Assembly (NCBI GenBank): GCA_025786725.1
Contig: JAHLTZ010000059.1
Location: 12,975 to 76,974 of the forward strand
From: Syncephalis fuscata S228
Lineage: Eukaryota > Fungi > Zoopagomycota
Length of the DNA stretch: 64,000 nt
Direction: 5' to 3'
Shown here: positions 42,316 to 55,065 of the stretch, one piece after another
How positions within the stretch are numbered: position 1 is the stretch's first letter
Layout: each line of letters begins with the position of its first letter
The notes under the pieces: generated by a model
The model's input: the letters and a program-made list of their open reading frames with translations, nothing else
What the model was told of the DNA's origin: nothing
Database searches by the model: none
Translations under genes and position numbers: made by a program

Positions 42316-44072
42316 ATGTCGTCTCAAACCACCACTACAAAGATCATGACCGCTGACCATAAAGCAGAGACGGCACCGATAGCCGAACGGACACGTCCTC
42401 ATCCTGAAGAGATAGATGTGCCTCTATTTACACTGCTTACCACCTATATATCCTATGCTATTCTGATTGCTGTTGGGCATGTACGCGACTTTTTCGGTAA
42501 GCGATTCCGTCGTGGTGCCTACGCCTATTTGATGGAATCGGATGTAAGTAGTAATAGGCGCTGATACGAGCAATCATGGCTAGAACGACGAACAGCCAGT
42601 AGATATGAGTTGGGTTCTATTGTTGTTAATACTATCGCTATTATTGCTATTATTATAGGGATATGCACCCATTATTAGTGATTTTGAGTCTTTATATACT
42701 CGTCGTTTGTATTATCGTATTCGCGACTGTTTTAACCGTCCTGTAACGGGTGTGCCAGGCCGTACCATTAAGGTATTGGGCCGTGCATCCAGCGATTATA
42801 ACCGCACCTTCCGTATGACAGGAGAGGTGCGAGAAGTACTTAATCTTAGCTCGTATAACTATCTAGGATTTGCTCAAAGTCATGGTGCATGTGCTGATGC
42901 AGTAGAGGCGGCGCTTAACACGTATGGACCAGCTGGTGCTAGTACGCGCTTAGATTCGGGTACATTAGATCTACACATAGAAGCGGAGAAGCTAGTGGCC
43001 CGTTTTCTTGACCAAGAAGCCTCTATTATTGTGTCGATGGGATTTGCTACTAACAGTACCATTATTCCAGCTTTAGTCTCTAAAGGCTGTTTAATCATTT
43101 CAGATGAACTTAACCATGCGTCTATTGTAACTGGTGTGCGTCTATCCGGTGCCGGTATCCGTGTATTTAAACATAATGATGTTGAGGATTTGGAATTAGT
43201 GATACGGATGCCATTTCTCAGGGACAACCACGCACGCATCGTCCATGGAAGAAGATTCTTATTATTATTGAGGGATTGTACAGTATGGAAGGTGAATTTG
43301 CCGATTTACCAGCCATTATTGCGCTGAAGAAGAAATACAAGGTAAATAAGACGAATAGTGTTTAATGATTGCATTATTGATGTATTGCTATATAGTGCTA
43401 TCTATTTTTGGATGAAGCGCATTCTATCGGTGCCTTGGGTGCACGTGGTCGTGGTATTTGTGACTTTTACGGTGTCAATCCAAGTGAAGTGGATATACTG
43501 ATGGGTACATTTACCAAGTCATTCGGTGCAGCTGGTGGCTATATTGCCGGCAAACAGGCCATTATTGATCATTTACGTATTAATAGCTATGCGCCAGTCT
43601 ATGCAGAAGCAATGCCACCTCCAGTACTACAACAAGTTGTGGCATCCATGCGTATGATTATGGGCGAAGATGGCACGGATGAAGGTGCAGAGAAACTTGA
43701 AGCATTGGCCCGTAATTCTCGTTACTTTTCATCGCGTCTTCGTGAAATGGGATTTATTGTGTATGGCAATGCCAATTCACCTGTTGTTCCTATGTTGCTA
43801 TTCCATCCTGCAAAGATTGGTGCATTTTCTCGTGAATGTTTAAAGAGAAATGTTGCTGTAGTTGTTGTTTCCTATCCTGCTACACCTATCATCACTTCAC
43901 GAGTTAGATTCTGTTTATCAGCTGCTCATACCATCGAGGACCTTGATTTGGCACTGGAAAAGATTAGGTAAGTAATACTGTTGTTGTTGTTGCTACTATT
44001 ATTAATTGTAATACTAATACAACTATTATTAGTGAGGTGGGAGATATTCTTAGTCTCAAGATGCTAGCCTAA
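42316..44072 (+). CDS. LCB2: Serine palmitoyltransferase catalytic subunit 2
   Basis: [53 protein letters not shown]-lysine motif [19 protein letters not shown]. One missing G at 43206-43207. Confidence 0.96.
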
Positions 44073-45092
44073 GCTATGTTACACCTATCCAATGATACTG
44101 TACAGTATCAGGTGTATTACATAGAAATAAAGTTGAATTTATTAATTAATTAGTGTGGATCAGTGTGTGTATTGTAAAAGGGAATAAATAGTGCTATAGA
44201 TACTAACAAAAGAGCAATATAATGCATTGTGATATATTGTATATCGTATTAATAGAGAGTAGAATAATATAGAATGCTATTATTGAACAAGTAAAGTACA
44301 TGACAGCGATATGGATTAATATTTATAGTAAACACAGCTAGTAACGAACATGTAGCTTTTATTAATGGTATGTATTCAGTAGATAATATATTGATATACA
44401 GTATAATGTTATTTATTATTTATCTTGTTAGTATGTCAGTACCAATGATCGGAGTAGTGAACGTGATTTGTAAAAAAAAGATAAGATTAAATAAAAGCAA
44501 TCCAAGTACATAGTGTAAATAGTATTTGTAATTAACTAGTATTCAGTCAACTACTAACACTATCTAGTTAGCATATATGGAGTGTACAAGTATATGCAAT
44601 GGGTATATGTTGTCAAGTGTGAAGAAAGAGAAAGAGAAATGTGATGACGTAGATTGTGAGCTGTGAGCCTATTAGTCAATATTTATAAACAGCCGAGTTT
44701 AATTCATTAATAAATGGAGTGTAAATAATAAAAGTCAATCTACCCAACATGTCAATACATCATAGAATAGATTAATAGTAAATGAACAAATGCATTGAGA
44801 ATAAAAGCCATTTGACACCAAACTACTCATTATTATAGAACATATATTCAATGTAATGGTAAAAGCATTAGGAAAAAGAGTATTTTAAATGGATTGTCTA
44901 AAAATTATTGTTGCATAATGCTTCTAATTCAGTTTACGTAAAAAAGTGATACAACACATTTAAGATGGTAAAACAATTGCTTACTAGTATATATAAATAA
45001 AATGCACCCATTTTAACAAGTCTGGATTTATTATAATTATGTACGAACACGGCTTAAACATTAGTCAATAATCTTTAAATTTATTCAAAACA

Positions 45093-46196
45093 TTAAGGTT
45101 GGGTAATGGCCACTTTTAAAAGCGATAATACTTTTTGTCCTAGCACTTGATGAACATGTCGGGTTGGATGCAAACCATCCCAGAAGAAATAGCTGTCAGG
45201 ATTGGCGCAAACCTTCATATTAGGCCCCAAACATGGATCGCGCATATTATTGAAAGAAAGCTGCTGCTGTTGTTCCCGAACGTTATATAAAAACGATGCT
45301 ACATTATAGAAATGAAGTCGTGCATTGGGTAATCGCTGCTGCATAGCCGTTAAACGGTTCAGCAATAGCTCGTTGTGTTTTCGCGTAGCCATTAAGCCAA
45401 TGTCTAAATGTTTAGGCTGCATATTACGATATAAAGGCGATTGATCCATCGGTGGCATACCCATCACCAATACATGGGCCGTATTATTTGACGAGGCTTG
45501 AATAAGATTGACGGTATCCATCATCGTAGTAACGATACGATCAACGAGACCATTCAGCATTGTTATATTAGTACCAACGGCAGGAACACCCATAACATAA
45601 TCGTTACCGCCCACTTGCAGTATATACAACGGTTTTCCCTCGCGTCTAACTGACGTGGTTAACGACGGCAGTGGATCTTGTCGAGGAAATGTAGGAACAA
45701 AATACTATAGCATACAGTTAATTAAAAGTAACACAGATCAATAACTAATTAGGCTGCATCATATTAATCTTAATACTTACTTCACTGACTTGTTCGTAAG
45801 CGGTGGGTACCCAATTCGATTCAAGTGTACTGGTGGCAGCGCCTGGTGGCAGTATAGTGGCACCGGAAAGAGCACCGCCGAAAGCCAGTGTTACTAGTGG
45901 AACTCCTAGACCGTCGGCCATCCATTCAGACCATACACGTCCATTACTGAATCGTCCCTTGTAGTAAATATTGCCATCGGGTACTGCGCCATTCGTAAGC
46001 TCGAATACATTGCCCGTATCGAGTAAACTATCGCCAAAAGCAATAATCTCGCTAATGTTGTAGTTATTGCTATTTTTATCAACTGCGGCAGTATAAACTT
46101 GCACGCACTAGATGGCGTGGCCAACGCAGCAAGCAGAATAACCGTGACGGCAATAGTAGCAGTCGCACCAACTGTAGTCGACCAAAAGCTGGGCAT
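45093..46196 (-). CDS. Secreted GDSL/SGNH lipase-esterase
   Basis: Signal peptide; FGDSLLDTGN (block I), GRFSNG, QVGGND (block III), FFWDGLHPT (block V). One intron and a probable indel after the signal peptide. Confidence 0.92.
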
Positions 46197-46965
46197 GTCC
46201 AAAAAGGGTAGCAACAACAACAATAATAATGATTAAAAGAGGGAAATTTAAAAGGAGCTTTTTAAGATTTAAAGTGGCTTCACTTTATATGATGGGTGGA
46301 TGATTGTATTGTTACTAACCATGTTATTGTTATTGTAATGCTTATTTTTATTATTGTAGTTAAGGCATATGCCGACCAAGTGATATACAATAGCAGATTA
46401 TTTACTTTCATATGATGTGTAAACAATGCATTGCGCTCTCTGCTGAACAGTCATGTTGTTACCATCCTGACATTACAGCCATATTGTTATGAAATGTGAA
46501 TAAGAAATACACCACGTAATTGGGTGATCTATTAAAGTCACATGTATTTGGCCATAAAAATAATACATATATCAAATATCAGTATTAATTTCTAGTAACA
46601 GACAACGATTGCAAAGATTTAATTAGTAAATATCTGCTTGTTGAAAACATGTGAACAAGTGCATAAAATAATGCGCTGCGTTAATGATAAAATAGTATGT
46701 AGCTTTTAAATTTTATTATTAGTTATGTTTACTATAGTTAAAACTGTAACAATTAATTATTAGTAAAAGATAAGTTTACTATCAAATCAACATAACCAAC
46801 CAATGCATTGGGCCTTAAGCTTTAAACTAAGTACTAAAAACGTCAAATTCTAAAATTATAGGATAGAATTAGGATAAGACGCTGTTTGATCATTTAGTTT
46901 ACAATTCTTAAAAGCAAATTTGTGGCAACATTACTTATTATTGTCATCGCATATGGTTATCATAA

Positions 46966-47816
46966 AAAAGAATTATAGTATAGTTGTCAGTAAAATGCAA
47001 TGAAATGTAAATTAATGGTGATAACTTAATTAATAAAGCGTTACTAAATCTATATACAACTTTACTAAAAATGAATCAAATTGCTTGATATTTTGTACAA
47101 GCATGCATATAGCATACATGGAACTATCGACAAAATATATTGCAATTGCATTGCTTTATGGACAATGAGTGTGCTAATGCGTTAATAAATGTGCAAAATA
47201 GCAGGCTTTTACTGTTTATGGCTTGTATAACTAAAATATAGCAAACGATTGCCGGATTCAAGTTCTCCATGCTTAAATAAACCGTTTATTATGGCTTGTA
47301 AAATAATGATTTTTGCAACAAAAGTTGGCCAAAAATACGATTTATGCGATATAAACTAACGAAGCTTTACGTTATACATATGTGTATACGACATAAATTG
47401 TCATTGTATATCAGTATTTCTGCATAATAGCAAGCCATTATGCTCGCTTTAGCGCTTTAGAGCGCTTGGATTTATCTTATACCAAATTTCGTTTAATATT
47501 GAGATTTTAAATCATAAGTTTAGTTGCTTTTTTGTTAGCTATTTACACGTAAATTGTTTTTTGGCTAACATTTATTGCAAAAATCGCTGTTCTATATTTT
47601 ATACCAGACGCAGCACCTAAACATAAAAAACTTGAATCCGGCAATCGTTTTGCTATATTTTAGTTATACAAGCCATAAACAGTAAAAGCCTGCTATTTTT
47701 GCACATTTATTAACGCATTAGCACACTCATTGTCCCATAAAGCAATACAATTGCAATATATTTTGTCGATAGTTCCATGTATGCTATATGCATGCTTGTA
47801 CAAAATGTCAAGCAAT
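46966..47816 (+). mobile_element. Foldback/MITE-like repeat (family B), left copy
   Basis: Internal ~185-bp inverted arms 47080..47264 and 47629..47816 around a ~365-bp spacer. 46966..47720 is the reverse complement of 52285..53044. No ORF or clear TSD. Confidence 0.8.
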
Positions 47817-49770
47817 CAGTCTCATTTTACGCAAAATCATAAATAATCTTAGTAACGCTTATTAATTAATTAATTATTAGCTCCGCTATTGTCTTTTACC
47901 ATCTAATTACACTAGAATCACTTTTTAATATTGCTGCATAATTTCACAGCATCCAATCAGCATTTTCGTTTTTAAACTTATAAATAGCGTTTTATTAGCA
48001 TTTTAAGCTAATACAAGTAAAGATATTACGTTTTTACAATGCCATATTCTTACATTCCAATATTATGGCCATACTGCTGTGCTAGCACGCCTAAAAAACT
48101 ATCATATTATCAAAAACAATCACAGGTGAACAATTACAATAATAATATCTATCTATCTATCAAATGTCAACACTAATTACTAACAAAAAACAACTATTGC
48201 AAAGATATGACGCCTAAATACTTGTCGTTATAATAGTGTTATTATTTTAATAGCAATAGTAGTAATCTACATTGCCATCGTTGATGTGATAAGTGAATCT
48301 GGCTGCCAAATCAGTAAATTATTTGGTTTGGCAGCTGGCCGTTACCGGCTGGTTGGGTTTGTGGTGGGGGGGGGGTTTAGTCAGGCAAAGATTAAAGCTC
48401 CAATATTTGACTTTAATGTTTTTGTTAGCTCTTTGCTTATAACAATGAACAGCTGTTTGATAGCTTTATTTAGATAATAAATAATTTATAGTTGAATTGT
48501 TAGTTGTTATTACTTAATTTAACCTCTTATTGAGGTTCGCCATATTGACTACATTTGATGCAACAAACAAGACTGATGGTTACAGCTGCAAGATTTGACG
48601 CCATACGGTGACAATAGTGTTACTTCTTGTTATTCCGTAACTTTTGCTTAGTGGTGAATTCTATGTACTGTTGCTTCTATTTTGACGTGCAAAAAATTTC
48701 ACACGTTTACCATTCTGCATGTGCTGATATGCGCGACATTTACAACCAAAATAGCATGCATGAAATAGTGATGTCCATACTTCTTGGCAGTTTTACAGTA
48801 CCATGTGATTGATAAGACGGAAGACTAAGTGTAAACATCACGTAAAATTAGTAACGTGTTTAATTGTATTTTATAATACCAATTTAACCAATATAATACT
48901 TATTGGCTTATAAATAAAATCAATATTTATTCAGCACAGGCCATCAGCTTAGACTTGTTATTAGTGTTAACGTGGAGCAACAGCCAAAAGCAGTAGACAC
49001 GCTTGCATTTTGCATATGTTATGCATTGATGCACGTCAAATATTGTGCAGAAAACCTGTATTGCATACTATATTTTTTGTAAAGCTATTGATATACAACC
49101 CAGTATTTACATGGCAAAAATAAACATGTATCAGCCTGTCTTTCGACTTAAAGGATCTAGTTTCAAGTACGACCGACGCGTGAATGGTTGACGTACAATT
49201 CAACGTGAAACAGTATATTTTACCGTGACAGCACCCATGTGACTTAATCCATGCATAATCTACTGCTGGTGGTCATTGGCTTATGTCGGCTGGTAGCTGC
49301 AGAGTATCGCTATCGTATAGCAAGTTATTTATGGAACAAAGCTGCACGCAATGCATGTGAGGATTTTCTGCTACAAAGGCATTATAGTAAGCGACAATTG
49401 TTTCACAAGGCGACTTAATCGCGAACGAACCATTGCAAGGTCTAACTGTACATGGCTGTCGTACCGAATAGAATGCTACATTGGCCGAATTATGCACGAC
49501 TGTATTTTTTACCACAATGAGTGGTTCCGTATTATGCACAGTTTATTGCTTTCGTGTAAATACCGTTTTCCGAGTTGGACTATGGCCAGTCGATTAGTAT
49601 AAAAGATGTGTTGGACGACGACGTTCTACTCCACAATATCATCACATAAGCTACCAACTGCTCTCTAGCACACTCACTCAGTTCTGCACTTAGTTGTTAT
49701 ACTAATCGTTTATATATTTGTTCGGTATCTATTGCACAATACTTTTGGCATTATAAATATTATTTTCAGT

Positions 49771-50919
49771 ATGCGTACTTATTCTTCTTTGACTTTTGCC
49801 TGCTTCTTGGTCGCTGCGCTGGCCCGCATCGATACAACAGCCGCTCTGCCAACCTACAACAGCTATGGAGCTCCCGCAACATACACTGCACCAATGGCTA
49901 ATCACCAACGACCAGAATTTGGCCATGGACGTGAAATGAACAACCGTGACCACGAGCGTTATGGCAAGCCAGCTTATGGTGGCCGTCGCCCTGAGGACTG
50001 TGACGACGATCACAAGCCAGCATATATTACCAAGCGTGGCTACAACGACTACTCGGCCAAGCCAGCCGGTGGACGTGACCACGACCGCGACTACGACAAC
50101 CACGGCAAGCCAGGCATGGGTCACGGCAACGACCACCATGACAAACCAGCTCACGGTGGCCGTCGTCCTGAAGACTGCGATGATGAGCACAAGCCAGTGT
50201 ATGTCACCAAGCGTGGCTACAACGACTACTCGGCCAAGCCAGCTCATGGCAATCGTCCTGAAGACTGCGATGACGAGCATAGTCAAAAGCCAGCTGGTGG
50301 CCACGACCACGGCCGCGACTACGACAACCACAGCAAGCCAGGCATGGGTCACGGCAACGATCACCACGACAAACCAGCTCACGGTGGCCGTCGTCCCGAA
50401 GACTGCGATGATGAGCACAAGCCAGTGTATGTCACCAAGCGTGGCTACAACGACTACTCGGCCAAGCCAGCTCATGGCAATCGTCCTGAAGACTGCGATG
50501 ACGAGCATAGTCAAAAGCCAGCTGGTGGCCACGACCACGGCCGCGACTACAACGACCACGGCAAACCAGGCATGGGCCACGGCAACGACCACCACGACAA
50601 ACCAGCTCACAATGGCCGTCGTCCCGAAGACTGCGATGATGAGCACAAGCCAGTGTATGTCACCAAGCGTGGCTACAACGACTACTCAGCCAAGCCGGCC
50701 GGTGGTCGTGACCACGACCGCGACTACGGCAACCACGGCAAACCAGGCATGGGCCACGGCAACGACCACCACGACAAACCAGCTCACGGTGGTCGTCGTC
50801 CCGAAGACTGCGATGATGGGCACAAACCCATCCCAGCTCCATACATTCCACCACGCAGGTAAGTTATTTTTATTCCAAATACATTTTTACTAATATATTT
50901 CTCGATTAGTGCATACTAA
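49771..50919 (+). CDS. Secreted Kex2-processed repeat protein (KEP-like peptide precursor), His/Asp/Gly-rich
   Basis: Signal peptide MRTYSSLTFACFLVAALARIDTTAA; four Y[IV]TKR|GYNDYSAKPA junctions at 50032, 50209, 50437, 50665; seven RPEDCDD motifs. Terminal intron 50859..50909 gives ...PYIPPRSAY*. Confidence 0.88.
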
Positions 50920-51376
50920 ATAACTGCTAAACTTTAGTTTGTTGGCATTCAATTGGTGGATATATAGACGTCCAATCTTTATACTTAAAGATTAGCTCAA
51001 TGTTTTCACATTGCTTACAAAAATAAAACAGCTTTAATTAAAACAACAACTTGGTTTACTTGTCTTTACAGTATTAAAATGTGGTATTTTTTTAATAAAT
51101 TACAATGACACTACAAATACGATAGTAATTATAAGCATATACAAGTGCGCAAAATATAAGTTAAAAGATTATATATATTATTAATAATAAAAAGCAATCA
51201 GCTGCGTAGCTATTTTTGCATAAGTATAAAGTAACGCCTGAATATAGTAAAATTTGTGTAGTTATGGCTCTTGAACGTAAGAAAATTAAATAATTTGTCC
51301 ATATTTGGTAATCATAAACCACTAATTTTTCCACGTTCAATGACCATAAAATATATTTTGAAATTGGGCAGTACAC

Positions 51377-51454
51377 GACATTAGAGTCTAAATAATCACT
51401 ATCATAGATTTATTATCCAGCACGCATATATCCTCTACCCACATATATCATTTT
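51377..51454 (+). repeat. Degenerate fragment of repeat family A
   Basis: GACATTA...AAATAATCA...TAGATTTATTATCCAG...ATATATCCTCTA...TATATCATTT aligns loosely with ~59905..59995. Confidence 0.45.
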
Positions 51455-52284
51455 ATTGCATAATTTTATGATCTACTGGCCACATTTATTCATTATATTA
51501 CAACACAATTTGCCTATTCTATCCATTAAGTTGTGAGTGTTATAGCTTTACTTCCATTATTCATAGACATTTCATTTTTTATTGCTACTCGTAGCATATT
51601 TTCCTACACGATTGCGTCTCCTCAGTCTCCCAATGATCAATTGTTAATAAAAACTACTTAGTTTATTACTTGTAACGACTAAGTAAACCACAATGATTCT
51701 TTGGCAGTTAGCGACTACTGCAGTTTGACAACAATAAACTGAATAATGTTTGTAGCTAAAACTAGAAAAAATAAAACGAGGTAACTGATGATATTTTATT
51801 TGAATGATAAAAATATTCGCATATTTATGCTGAAATGCTGCGTGTACATTAAATATTGTTTAATAAAATTGAACGTTTTTTTCATTCATGTGGCGCTTAT
51901 CAGTTCATATGACTGACTATATAAGTTGAATAGCAGATTGGTTCAAAGATCATTTGTATTATTGATACTGTGGACTATACTTAGAAATAGTTAATGCCGC
52001 TATATACTTACGAATATTCGCACGTATATTGGTAACTTCATTGGACTATATGTATCGGATATGCCATACGCTCGGTAGCTCATGTTGGAACAATCAATCA
52101 TGTAACTTATCAACGGTATTTATAATTATATCTGGCCACGTGATATTAATGTGTATTTAATACCTTTTAGATTTTTTGATATAATTAATATAGTTATTAG
52201 TGCATCTGTAGCAGCGTATAATATATGGATAGCTATTGGCAAAATATATCATAATTACATTGTGTGATTATGTAGTTATTGCAA

Positions 52285-53044
52285 TAATGCGTTAATAAAT
52301 GCGTAAAAATAGCAGGCTTTTACTGTTTATGGCTTGTATAACTAAAATATAGCAAAACGATTGCCGGATTCAAGTTTTTTATGTTTAGGTGCTGCGTCTG
52401 GTATAAAATATAGAACAGCGATTTTTGCAATAAATGTTAGCCAAAAAACAATTTACGTGTAAATAGCTAACAAAAAAGCAACTAAACTTATGATTTAAAA
52501 TCTCAATATTAAACGAAATTTGGTATAAGATAAATCCAAGCGCTCTAAAGCGCTAAAGCGAGCATAATGGCTTGCTATTATGCAGAAATACTGATATACA
52601 ATGACAATTTATGTCGTATACACATATGTATAACGTAAAGCTTTGTTAGTTTATATCGCATAAATCGTATTTTTGGCCAACTTTTGTTGCAAAAATCATT
52701 ATTCTACAAGCCATAATAAACGGTTTATTTAAGCATGGAGAACTTGAATCCGGCAATCGTTTTGCTATATTTTAGTTATACAAGCCATAAACAGTAAAAG
52801 CCTGCTATTTTGCACATTTATTAACGCATTAGCACACTCATTGTTCCATAAAGCAATACAATTGCAATATATTTTGTCGATAGTTCCATGTATGCTATAT
52901 GCATGCTTGTACAAAATGTCAAGCAATTTGATTCATTTTTAGTAAAGTTGTATATAGATTTAGTAACGCTTTATTAATTAAGTTATCACCATTAATTTAC
53001 ATTTCATTGCATTTTACTGACCAACTATACTATGATTATCTTTT
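52285..53044 (-). mobile_element. Foldback/MITE-like repeat (family B), right inverted copy
   Basis: Near-identical reverse complement of 46966..47720; one internal arm is truncated. Confidence 0.8.
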
Positions 53045-53975
53045 GGTACTGTTAAATACTGTAATGGTATTGGAGCAATGCTTTTATGATTAAATTTGTA
53101 AAATGACATTCTATCGGTATTTTAAGGTATTATATATTATAATAAGACATTTTTACTGTGGCAATAGCTATCAAAATAAAATATTATATTTTTATGATAG
53201 CCATTTTTGTTTTAAATAACAACAAATAACATTGTTTTACAATGTTTATAAATATTACGTGTCAATGGTAAGGCTTTATGTAGCGTAAATGCAACACAGC
53301 TATTCATATTATTCCATATTATTTATTCTGTACTAGTTAAGTACTATTCATAACTGCTATCCGTTTGTCTCTATTTCAATTACCAATAAGCTTGATTCAT
53401 TTCATTTGTTGAACTATACACACAGATAAACAAACAATAAAAGTATACCTAAACTTATTGATTGCTTAAAAGTATGTATTATGCTGGCCATTTATGTTTA
53501 TTGCTTGCTAAACTAGCTAACGTCAAATAAGTCTGTATGAAACTGTAGAAAGCTAATAAAACAATGCAAATATTAATATTGCGATACTGTGAAAATGCAG
53601 CGATAGGGCGGCATTTACAATACATATACTTTGATGACCTATATGACTTACCATCCATCATCATGTTCAATAGAACAAATGTGTAGTTTAATTACGCGAA
53701 TATCGTTTAGTCATTTAACCATCAAATCATATTAAATCACAATTAGTTTCTAGTAAAAAGTATTAGTTATAGAGCGGTATAGCCTTTAACGCTATAGAAC
53801 ACAACGATAGATAACTAATTGTCGCATCTACACATTACTATAGAAGCACTGTGTTGTTGTAGTCGCGATCACCATAATATTGTTTATAGACTGAATTAAA
53901 CTGCACTTATGACTGACATTATATGTTTAAGCATTAGCATTAGTGTTAGTGCTAAGCATGATTATTACTGCAAAC

Positions 53976-54837
53976 TATTTAATTATATTGTTTTCTGGCG
54001 GTCAAACGACTGTATTTAGTAATATTTAATCTATTAAACATGATGGCGGGTGAATGACATCAGTTATCAAATACTCATCATCGTAGATTCATTATCCAGT
54101 ATGCATATATCCACCATTTACTTGTATCCTTTATCCGCCTATATAATTATCGCTGTAAATTTATACTATTATATATAGTTTTATGCTATATTGAATACAT
54201 TTGTTTGCTATAAATTTCAAGTACATATAAACTGATGGACGAATGACTGACACTAGTTGAAACATTAATAACTGAGCTAGAACCAAACAGACAACAGCTA
54301 CAGACAGCGCATGTTCAATATATAATAAAATAATATGCAATATAACGAAGATACAATATTGAACGGCGATTAGCTCTGTTAAAGCTATTGAGCATATATG
54401 CATGATCAATGAGCGGAACTAGTCAACATTTATAAATAATAAAGCTAGAACAAAAATAAAAGCAGTTTTGGATAGAGGAAGGTTAGATAATTATTGAATG
54501 GCATATAAAACGCTGTTGAAGTTATAGTGCGTATAATGTAATAAGTGAGGCGAGTGTAGTGCGTTGGAGTATATAATAAACGGAATGTGTCTAGTATATT
54601 GTAGAATGGTATATGGCGGTGTGGAATAGTATAGAAATGATATAGGTGAATAGAGGATATATGTATACTGAATATGTATACTGGATAATGAATCTACAAT
54701 GATGAGTATTTGATGATTAATGTCACTCACCACCCACCATCAGTTCAATCAACTGAATGCTATTAAATGTAATCATTTGCCGCTAAATCACAATAAATGT
54801 GATGATGTGATGATTAAATAGAACTCACCACTTGTTC
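53976..54837 (-). mobile_element. MITE-like repeat (family A, long form, 862 bp), left copy
   Basis: Near-identical reverse complement of 59792..60653 (identical spurious ORFs in both). Diverged internal arms at ~53986..54109 and ~54672..54795. Confidence 0.82.
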
Positions 54838-55065
54838 ATATATTTACTAGAATGAATATTTTTGAATGTTGTCATTGAACACCAACCTATACTAAAAATC
54901 AATAAGCGGTTTAATATTAATGTAGTAGACTTTATTGTTTCAAACTTATTGACTCACAGTACCAATATTACAGCAATTTGCTTTATTTACGGATGTAAAC
55001 AAACAATAATCAAATGGAGTATTATCTTTGTAATCATTTTAATCTATATAGTTCAAAAATTACAT

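Noticed and set aside
49940-50822. Repeat array as a CRISPR-like or non-coding repeat
   Set aside because: Unit lengths are multiples of three, variation is largely synonymous, there are no unique spacers, and the context is eukaryotic.
49729-50893. Long antisense (305 aa) and alternative-frame (315 aa) ORFs over the repeat precursor
   Set aside because: By-products of the tandem repeat and biased codon use. Only the frame with a signal peptide and KR sites makes sense.
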